The notes under the pieces were generated by a model that was given only the letters and a program-made list of their open reading frames with translations, had not been told where the DNA came from and made no database searches. A DNA stretch of 19,449 nucleotides from IMG/VR virus record IMGVR_UViG_3300009551_000045, positions 1 to 19,449 of that record. The stretch is one strand, 5' to 3'. Position 1 is the stretch's first letter. Each line of letters begins with the position of its first letter. The DNA is from a virus. Taxonomy: Duplodnaviria > Heunggongvirae > Uroviricota > Caudoviricetes. A program made the position numbers and the translations under genes. Positions 5,263 to 13,325 of the stretch are shown piece after piece.

Positions 5263-7921
5263 AATTACTAATGATATTAATTCTATAACTTCTTGGTATA
5301 ATCAAATAATTTTTAATAATATCAATTGTTTCAGCAAATCCTATATTAGGGTGTACTGCATCTCTCGTATTTCCATAATAATCTAAAGAAGTATAGGTAG
5401 GTCCTGGAATACCTTGTTTATATAACATACCGGTAGTTGTAGGTATGAAAAATGTACTATCTTGTAGACCTATTAATGGAATAGAAGGCACAAATCTTGT
5501 AGCAGCTGTATCCCATACTATTGTACTTCCAGGATTATTTATGAATTTATTACATCCTTGATTTAAGGTTCCAAAATTACAAGCAGTCCAAACTGTATCA
5601 GTAGGTCCTACTAAATAACAATTTTTTACAAAAAGTGAATCATGATCATAGAAATCAAATCCTGGTACATATGGATCATTTCCAATCCCAAGACCTTGAT
5701 GACGTAATGTAATAAACCAAACTTCTGGAACTGTTCGCGCTCTAATATATGGTGATAATGAAGATGTATCTCCTGGATGTGATTGACATTCTAAAAATGG
5801 ATATTTTCTCGAACTATCACTTATACAATTATAAACTCTACTTCTTCCATTATATCCTGTACTCCATAATGAAAATAAATTAAACATAGACGGAATATCA
5901 GCTGCACCCCAATTTCGAACGCAGTTACCAAAATTATTTGTGCCAAACCAACAGTTGTAAACTTCGAAATAAGACATTCTTAAAAATAACATAGCAGCAT
6001 GACCTCTTGGATTAGGAACATTCATACCAAAATTCCAAAGACTATCATGATGTATATATATTCCATATACATTATATGCAAAAATGTATGTTGGTGGATT
6101 TGATAAAGCTGAATAATCTCCAAATTTATCATGATCTATTTCAACATTTATCCATGTCTGATTTTTAGCCAAAGCTCCGATGTAAATAGCTGTATTACCT
6201 GAATTTGCTCCAACTAAAGAATCAAAAGTACAATAACTCCATCTCCATTTATAAAAACAATTTATTGTATCTCCAGTAAAATTTGGAAGAGTTGCGAATG
6301 ATCTAGGACTTGATGGGAAAAATCCATTCATTCCTCTAAATGTGCAATGATCAATCCAAATATGTTGTGAATATCCCAAATTGGCATAAGAAGTAAAAGC
6401 AACATCTATATTATCATTCATAGTCCAATTATATATATGAACCCAAAATGATGAATCTATGCTATTTGCTCCCAATGGTGATGATGTGTTAGGAGTTATA
6501 AATGATCCATTTTGCCAAACTATAGTTATATATTTACCTTCGGATCTAGTACCAATACGATCTATTGTAAAACTTCTATATCCTCCTGATCTAACTGGAA
6601 TAAATACTGTATCTCCTCCCATTAAAGATACTCCAAATGTTGTATTATTAATTAATATATTAGAATTTGTTGAGGGCCAAGTAAAATTCATCGGTGATCT
6701 TGTAGAAGAATTAACAGTAACTTGAACCGTAGCAGTTCCAGTTAATGAAGTATTATCAGTTACAGTTATTTTAAATACATAAGTTCCCTGAATAAGTCCA
6801 GCAACCCCAGTAGTTAATAAATTCGGAGATGTTATACTAGCATTATTTGGTCCACTAACTTGACTCCAAACTATATTTGATGCTGTATTTCCGCATTGAT
6901 ATGTAACACTTGCAGAAATAGATGATGAACTTGTCGGTAAAGTTATTGTTTGATTAGATCCTGGTGTAACAATTGGATTACATGTAGGTCCAACTAGTGT
7001 AGTATCGCCCTGTGCAAGCATCCAAGTAAATATATTTTGACCGGTACGATAGGTTCCCTGCGTATTTGGTGCTGGTCCTGTACCAATATTAGGTCCTATA
7101 ACTGGAATAGTGCTCCAATTTGTTACAGATGGATCATACATAGAATTCCAACAGCAATGTGATCCCCCTCCAAGAGTTTCCCAAGCAAAATAAGCGGATC
7201 CTGGAACTGTATCATTCATAGGTTGTGACCAAAGATAACCATTTCGGAAATTATCCGAGCCATTACCTTCTAAATAAAAATACTTACCACCATATTTAGC
7301 TGCCCATACTTTATAAGCACCTTGTCGTCTATCCCATGAATTAATAGCTGGATTTGGAGTACCTTCGAGAGCTACAAGAGAAGTCATGCGACTCATACCA
7401 TCTTCTGTTCCAGCAGATTTTTCAAAACATACTAAAGCTCCCCAAGTAAATGCTCCTTCCGATAATCCGGCAAAGTGTCTACCTCTCGCTTTAATATGAT
7501 AGAATTTTATTAATGTATCTACTATATTAAGAACATCTGCTGCATATGTATTTACAGAATTAGTATAACACACAGTAATTAATAAAGGATAGTGTCTACC
7601 ATTACCCAATTGTATACCTCCATCCCATCCATTTTTTAACCAAAAATGAGGACCATATACAGTCAATTTACTTGTATCAGTAGTACCTAATTCACCCTGA
7701 CCTGGCATTGTAATAATAGCCGGACGAGATGCTGTATCTGGATGGCCTGCAGTAAAATAATTACGAGGACGAGTAATTCTTATATTCCATATATTAGTAG
7801 GCCCAAATGGCGCATTGAAAATCGAAATAGTGGTATCATAGGTAATCATGTCATGAGTCTCCGACTGACTGAATCCTATGATAGGTAAAAACAGTAAAAG
7901 AAAAAATAATTTCTTAATCAT
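5261..7921 (-). CDS. Exported multidomain protein: signal peptide + alpha/beta-hydrolase (serine esterase-like) + PKD/Ig-like domain + right-handed beta-helix-like domain
   Basis: Signal peptide MIKKLFFLLLFLPIIGFS|Q; oxyanion-like PAIITMPGQGE; nucleophile elbow GLSEG (7468-7454); candidate catalytic His in GGSHCCW; PKD signature GSNQTITLP...WSQVSGPN...GLIQGTYVFKITVTDN...VQVTVN; C-half with IDHCTF/YNCWF/YNCIS beta-helix-like repeats; 16 Cys. Confidence 0.8.
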   Translation of the reverse strand: MIKKLFFLLLFLPIIGFSQSETHDMITYDTTISIFNAPFGPTNIWNIRITRPRNYFTAGHPDTASRPAIITMPGQGELGTTDTSKLTVYGPHFWLKNGWDGGIQLGNGRHYPLLITVCYTNSVNTYAADVLNIVDTLIKFYHIKARGRHFAGLSEGAFTWGALVCFEKSAGTEDGMSRMTSLVALEGTPNPAINSWDRRQGAYKVWAAKYGGKYFYLEGNGSDNFRNGYLWSQPMNDTVPGSAYFAWETLGGGSHCCWNSMYDPSVTNWSTIPVIGPNIGTGPAPNTQGTYRTGQNIFTWMLAQGDTTLVGPTCNPIVTPGSNQTITLPTSSSSISASVTYQCGNTASNIVWSQVSGPNNASITSPNLLTTGVAGLIQGTYVFKITVTDNTSLTGTATVQVTVNSSTRSPMNFTWPSTNSNILINNTTFGVSLMGGDTVFIPVRSGGYRSFTIDRIGTRSEGKYITIVWQNGSFITPNTSSPLGANSIDSSFWVHIYNWTMNDNIDVAFTSYANLGYSQHIWIDHCTFRGMNGFFPSSPRSFATLPNFTGDTINCFYKWRWSYCTFDSLVGANSGNTAIYIGALAKNQTWINVEIDHDKFGDYSALSNPPTYIFAYNVYGIYIHHDSLWNFGMNVPNPRGHAAMLFLRMSYFEVYNCWFGTNNFGNCVRNWGAADIPSMFNLFSLWSTGYNGRSRVYNCISDSSRKYPFLECQSHPGDTSSLSPYIRARTVPEVWFITLRHQGLGIGNDPYVPGFDFYDHDSLFVKNCYLVGPTDTVWTACNFGTLNQGCNKFINNPGSTIVWDTAATRFVPSIPLIGLQDSTFFIPTTTGMLYKQGIPGPTYTSLDYYGNTRDAVHPNIGFAETIDIIKNYLIIPRSYRINIISN

Positions 7922-8352
7922 TTGAAATATTCTATTCTAAATCCTTTAAAAGTATTATTCCATATAATAATCTCATTTGGATGCCATTCAATATCGCCTC
8001 TACTTTTAATATGGAAATAAACGACTCCTTTTTCATATTGTGGATTATGCTTACTGGTTTCCCAATTATCCCAAGATATATAATGAAATTTACTAGTTCT
8101 TGATTTACCTAACCAATTCCAAGTTCTATAAATCATACGAACAGATGTATCCAATTTGAAAGATACACTAATAGTATCTCTTTTGGAAGAAATACTATTC
8201 AATGCCGGTCCTTTATTATCTTTTTTAGAAGATGTATCTAAACGATATAAAGATTGAAATCTATAGTTACTTTCTAATGTCCAGGAATTATTAGGAACTT
8301 GGGCTATACTTTTAAAAGATAAAAAAATTATTAAAATTAATATATATTTCAT
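7918..8352 (-). CDS. Small exported protein of unknown function (basic, Trp/Tyr-rich)
   Basis: 144 aa; signal peptide MKYILILIIFLSFKSIA|Q; its stop overlaps the next start (ATGA at 7921-7918). Confidence 0.8.
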   Translation of the reverse strand: MKYILILIIFLSFKSIAQVPNNSWTLESNYRFQSLYRLDTSSKKDNKGPALNSISSKRDTISVSFKLDTSVRMIYRTWNWLGKSRTSKFHYISWDNWETSKHNPQYEKGVVYFHIKSRGDIEWHPNEIIIWNNTFKGFRIEYFK

Positions 8353-8357
8353 AACTA

Positions 8358-9680
8358 TTAATGTTTTGTAATTTTGATATAAGACAGAAGAGCAACTTGT
8401 TCTCCGCTTGTTAATTTACCAATATAGAATGTAAAGTTACCACCTGCATCTGGTGTTATAGCAGTCCATGTAGCTTTACTACTAGTATTTGCATTTCCAT
8501 TAAAATTCTTAGCGGTTTGCAAAACTGATCCTCTTACATTATAATTGCCTACAGCTGCAAGTGGGAAATGAGTAGTACCTGATAATTCTATATCATATGT
8601 AGTACCATCTGTTTTTAATCCACCAACTACAAATTGAGCATTAGTAGTTTGATATAAATTGCTTGTAAATACAGTTTCTTTCATGACTCCACTATTTGCC
8701 GGATCTGGTATAGTAGCATTAGTTACACCATTATTTACACCTATGCAACCTGCCGGGCTTCCAAACGTTCCCCAATTTGAATTAGAAGTAGATACTGTCG
8801 TAAATGTAATAGTAGTATTTGGTATTGTTCCAGAAATAATATGTTTACTAGGATCTCCTTGAACAATTGTCCAACCTGCTACGTTATTAGCAGCAGTTGT
8901 ATCGAATTGAAATTTAACTGAATCTGGAGTACTTGCCGCTCCTGATGTGGTACCATTTACTGTAACATTTTTAGTTGTTGCACCTCCTCCACTATTTCCA
9001 ATATTTCCTGAATACGTTCCTGGGATAGTATTTGTGTCAGATAGAGCTACATATATCGTTTGAGATATAGACCCTGAGACAGGAACCACTGTTTGTTGGA
9101 ATGCAAATGAACTATTATCTTTAGATACTTTATATCCAGCAGGAGATTGAACAGTTATATTACCCGTCAAGGCAGTACCTGTAAGCGAATATGATTGAGA
9201 ACCTCCCAATGAACCAGTTATGGAAGTAAATCCTGTTAAACTTGTTGGATTAACGATTAAAGTAGGAACAGCTGTTACTGTAGCAGAATAAGCAACATCA
9301 GCTGTAGCGGAGCCGCTAGATCCATGTATATTACCAGAATAAGATCCGGCAGAAGTAGCAGCCGCTACTCTAACATAAACGGTTCCTGAAGGATTGGATC
9401 CAAGAAATGTAATTGTATCAGTCCATGTTGAGTTATCTTTACTAATTTCCATTCCAGAACCAGTTTTCCATCCAACAGCCGCACTTAAATTACCACTAAC
9501 AAAATTAAAGGATTGAGATGCAGATGCTGTTCCTGTACTTGTTAAAAAAGCAGATAATGTATTTAATGAGTGTATATATGGCCCTGGGTTTATCTCTGTT
9601 ATACTAGAGGTAGGTTGAATTATTTGTGCCGAAGCAGAAATAGAAATTATACTAAATAAATATATTAATATTGTTTTCAT
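8358..9680 (-). CDS. Exported protein with two tandem Ig-like domains and a C-terminal beta-sandwich (possible carbohydrate-binding) domain
   Basis: Signal peptide MKTILIYLFSIISISASA|Q. Two similar ~100-aa units (SQSF/Y...ISKDN/VSKDN...VYVR/IYVA...GSYSGNI/GTYSGNI) like those in Bacteroidota surface proteins; the C-domain is beta-rich. Confidence 0.75.
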   Translation of the reverse strand: MKTILIYLFSIISISASAQIIQPTSSITEINPGPYIHSLNTLSAFLTSTGTASASQSFNFVSGNLSAAVGWKTGSGMEISKDNSTWTDTITFLGSNPSGTVYVRVAAATSAGSYSGNIHGSSGSATADVAYSATVTAVPTLIVNPTSLTGFTSITGSLGGSQSYSLTGTALTGNITVQSPAGYKVSKDNSSFAFQQTVVPVSGSISQTIYVALSDTNTIPGTYSGNIGNSGGGATTKNVTVNGTTSGAASTPDSVKFQFDTTAANNVAGWTIVQGDPSKHIISGTIPNTTITFTTVSTSNSNWGTFGSPAGCIGVNNGVTNATIPDPANSGVMKETVFTSNLYQTTNAQFVVGGLKTDGTTYDIELSGTTHFPLAAVGNYNVRGSVLQTAKNFNGNANTSSKATWTAITPDAGGNFTFYIGKLTSGEQVALLSYIKITKH

Positions 9681-9689
9681 ATTATCGAT

Positions 9690-12600
9690 TTAAAGAGAAT
9701 AATCAATGTTAATAACAACAATTGACGAAGTGTTTAAGGTTCCCGAATTAAAATCAAATGTTGCCTGAGTTGCAGAACTAGTAATACTAGCTGTACCAGC
9801 CATATATCCGCCTGCTCCATTTATATTAACATTTTCAACCCCAAAACCAATACCACTTTGCGTTGTAACACTGGTAGCAATTGGAAGACTAAACGTTATT
9901 CTACTGGACGTATTCGTTGCAGAAGTTTGTATTATTACACTTATACGAGCGTGTACAATGTTACCAACTTGTATATAATTTGCACTACTTAACGAAATAC
10001 TAGCTATATTAGTTGTTCCTGTCAAAGTTGGTGTGAAACTACCAGAGGTTCCTCCTCCAGGAGAAACCTGCCATGAAGCATTACCATTAGCATCAGAAGT
10101 AAGAACTTTAAGATTTCCCTGTGTTCCATCAACTATGGATATACCACCACCAAAATAAGATTTACCGGTAGCCACTTTTAATGCCCAAGGACTTGGTATA
10201 GTTACATTAGTTCCAGCAGTAGGAGCCCCAGCAATATACAAAGTAGATGCATTTGTGAATGTTACACCAGTATTAACTGCTGACATTAAAATATTACTTA
10301 AACCAACTAATGCCACATCTGCCCTAGTTCCACCACTACCAGTAAATCCAGCATCACTCACAGCTGGAGATATATTAATTGCAGAACCAAGAGTGCCATT
10401 AAATTGAACTGTTCCATTAGAAATTATTGATGTTGAAGCTAAATTAGCCAACCCGTTATTTAAATTAAGACCTCCAAGTGTTAATGTACTTGTTGTAGCC
10501 AAATCTTGAGGTATTGTTAAAGTTAAATTACCCGTTTGATTAGCTCCAGACGTTCCATTAACAAGAACTTGATTAGCTGTACCTTTAACTGCATAAGTGA
10601 TACCACTCAAACCAGTACCAGCACCATTTGTGGGAAGTAATGTTCCAGACGTGGGTAATGTTACGTTAGTATTACCAGTAAGAGTTAATGTAGCGTTAAA
10701 AGCTCCCGAAGTTGCAAAATTACCACCCAACGTTATTGTCTTGGTAGCATTATTTACACCAGTACCACCGTGATCAGGTGGTACTATACCTGAAAGTCTA
10801 GAAACATCAACAGATGATCCGGACATCATAACGCTATCTATACCACAGGATGGACATATACCAGTACTAGTTATAACCCATTCATAAGTATTTGTGTGTG
10901 AAGGAGCATTATTGTGAATAACTTCACCAGCAAAATATAATCCGGTTGTAGGAGCTGATGCTGCGTAAATATCTTGATTAGATACAGCAACAACTACCCA
11001 CGTATTTAATAGATCACTTCTTTTTAGTATAGCCGACTGTTTATCACGTAAGATAACCATTCTACTAACACCAAATTTATTAACATCAATATTACCACCA
11101 ACACCATTTAACATAACGACACCACTATTACCTGCCTGATCATTAGCACGAATAGATATAAATTCACCTGGCCCGGCATTACTATTGATTGTGCTAATAT
11201 AAGCTGAAGAAGTGGTAGTAGTGTTAACCACAATATCTTTGAAATAGTTTGCTGTAATAGCATTACTGGATACACTTAACGTTTGACCAGCAGATGAACT
11301 GGTAACAGATCCATTTGTTTGAAAACTATTTCCCCAAATATCAAATCCACCAGCAGTACCTGAAGGAGAAGTGTACCATTTATTAACTACACTATATACA
11401 AAATTACCTGCAAATATTCCATGACTCAAATCATCTCCTATAATATAAGCATTCGTACCAACACCTACATTTTTCCAAGTATTCCAAAAAAAGTTTATAG
11501 TACTACGATTAGTCAGATGTACGCCAATGGAATCATTTTCAAACCAACCAGATATTACTGACACACCTTGTGCATTTGATGTCCGCATTATATCATGATA
11601 TGCCTGTACTGTTGGTCGATCAAATACAACAGCACCTTGTATCTGATCATTACTCGTTCCTAAAGAATTTAATTCAACTGCACAAGTATTTAAGTTAGTA
11701 GACCCTGCACCATAAGCTTCTAAATTACGAAAAGTTGTTTGACCTAACTGTCCTGACACATATACCGCTCTTGCAGTTGTATCAGCAGTATTGTATACCC
11801 TAACATCCTCAAAAGTAAGGAATTGGTTAGCTAGATCTCCAGAACCATCAGACGCGATTAAATTAATAGCACGTCCTGAACAGTTCTGAATTTGAACATT
11901 GTTCATTCTAAAATGCCATACGCCGCCATTGAAAGGTGAACTTACAGATCCAACAGCTGTAAAATTAAAACAACCTTGACCTACATATCCAGAATTCATT
12001 ATAACTTGTAAGTCACTAATACCCCACTGATCAACAGGACCCGGAACTATACCAAAAATATACTTCCTAGAACTGTTATTTGGTGCAATCCTAACTCGAA
12101 CATTATCTCCTTGTATAATAACACCTGTTTTGATAGTGATACTATCTACCATGATGTTTTTATTACCACTGATACCTTCATCAATTATCACCTTTCTGGA
12201 TAATGCTCCGGTAGTGGCAGCATAATCAATTACAGACTGTAATTGAGCGGTCATATCGGTAGAACCATCACCTAGAACCTTGAACCATATACTATGAATA
12301 GGTCCTGTAAATTCTCTTTTAAATCGATGGCCAGCCGCATCAACTATACATGTACCTAAATTATCTGTAGTAGTATTATCAGAAGCATCATATACGTATT
12401 TTCCACTAATATATTGGTCTTTTATAAAATAAGCTTTATTTGCAGATGGAGTAGCTACCAAAGCTCTAAGTTCGGAAACATAAATACCTACAACTGTTCT
12501 TCCATATAATCCAACAGTATCCAAGTTAACCTTAAAGTTAATACTATCTCTATTAGTTTCAGTAGTAACATTTAGTAATCCAGCAGCACTTGCACTTATA

Positions 12601-13325
12601 CCTTTGAATAACATAGAGTCCTTGGTAAAATTAAATAGTACCATCTGATTACCATGACCATACCATCCAACATAAATAGTTGAATCAATACGTTTTTTAT
12701 CATTTGCAGTCAACGATCCAGCATTATTATGATCGGCTCCAGTTAATACAATGGAATTACTATTAGATATCTTAATGGTATCGGCTGATGATGATTGTGA
12801 TAAAGATAATGATTGAGTTCCTCCTATTGTAGAAAAAGGAGTTACCCACACTTTCCCGCTATTATCTCTTAACATAAAACTATCAGTAGATAATGGAGAT
12901 GCTTTGTTAGGTAAACCGGTGATACTAAAATCAAATCCAGTCGTACCTAATGTAGTATTTCGTAATAAATTACCACCAAAATAAAGACTATCACCATGAG
13001 ATCCTGTTAATCCATTTACAGGATATACATTGAATGTACCCGATAATAATGTCCATCTATGACCTCCGGTTATAACAGTGTCTCTTTTGTATATATCACC
13101 AGTTGATCTGATTTGAATAAAAGCTCCTAAACTATCTAAACCTCCATTTAAACCATTCGTAGTATCGTTTACTACAGGTATATAAATGTTTAATTGTGCT
13201 CTCAATCTAGCATCGGAAACAGTTACACCAGGTCCACTTCTTAATGCAATAGAAGGAATTTTATTTTGTGCTTTTGCAAAAAAAATTGAAAAAAGCGGAA
13301 TAAGAAATATTAATAATCGTTTCAT
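9690..13325 (-). CDS. Tailspike/depolymerase-like mosaic protein with a pectate-lyase-3-type beta-helix, carrying an N-terminal Sec signal peptide
   Basis: Signal peptide MKRLLIFLIPLFSIFFAKA|Q; spike-head motif VSELRAL...GTCIVDAAGHRFKR; beta-helix cap WFKVLGDGSTDMTAQLQSVID (~12300-12230); post-helix SAPTTGLYFAGEVIHNNAP...EWV; fibre motifs PDHGGTG and KVLTSDANGNASW; C-terminal GSFTPTL...YIQVGNIV fibre-tip-like domain. Confidence 0.75.
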   Translation of the reverse strand: MKRLLIFLIPLFSIFFAKAQNKIPSIALRSGPGVTVSDARLRAQLNIYIPVVNDTTNGLNGGLDSLGAFIQIRSTGDIYKRDTVITGGHRWTLLSGTFNVYPVNGLTGSHGDSLYFGGNLLRNTTLGTTGFDFSITGLPNKASPLSTDSFMLRDNSGKVWVTPFSTIGGTQSLSLSQSSSADTIKISNSNSIVLTGADHNNAGSLTANDKKRIDSTIYVGWYGHGNQMVLFNFTKDSMLFKGISASAAGLLNVTTETNRDSINFKVNLDTVGLYGRTVVGIYVSELRALVATPSANKAYFIKDQYISGKYVYDASDNTTTDNLGTCIVDAAGHRFKREFTGPIHSIWFKVLGDGSTDMTAQLQSVIDYAATTGALSRKVIIDEGISGNKNIMVDSITIKTGVIIQGDNVRVRIAPNNSSRKYIFGIVPGPVDQWGISDLQVIMNSGYVGQGCFNFTAVGSVSSPFNGGVWHFRMNNVQIQNCSGRAINLIASDGSGDLANQFLTFEDVRVYNTADTTARAVYVSGQLGQTTFRNLEAYGAGSTNLNTCAVELNSLGTSNDQIQGAVVFDRPTVQAYHDIMRTSNAQGVSVISGWFENDSIGVHLTNRSTINFFWNTWKNVGVGTNAYIIGDDLSHGIFAGNFVYSVVNKWYTSPSGTAGGFDIWGNSFQTNGSVTSSSAGQTLSVSSNAITANYFKDIVVNTTTTSSAYISTINSNAGPGEFISIRANDQAGNSGVVMLNGVGGNIDVNKFGVSRMVILRDKQSAILKRSDLLNTWVVVAVSNQDIYAASAPTTGLYFAGEVIHNNAPSHTNTYEWVITSTGICPSCGIDSVMMSGSSVDVSRLSGIVPPDHGGTGVNNATKTITLGGNFATSGAFNATLTLTGNTNVTLPTSGTLLPTNGAGTGLSGITYAVKGTANQVLVNGTSGANQTGNLTLTIPQDLATTSTLTLGGLNLNNGLANLASTSIISNGTVQFNGTLGSAINISPAVSDAGFTGSGGTRADVALVGLSNILMSAVNTGVTFTNASTLYIAGAPTAGTNVTIPSPWALKVATGKSYFGGGISIVDGTQGNLKVLTSDANGNASWQVSPGGGTSGSFTPTLTGTTNIASISLSSANYIQVGNIVHARISVIIQTSATNTSSRITFSLPIATSVTTQSGIGFGVENVNINGAGGYMAGTASITSSATQATFDFNSGTLNTSSIVVINIDYSL

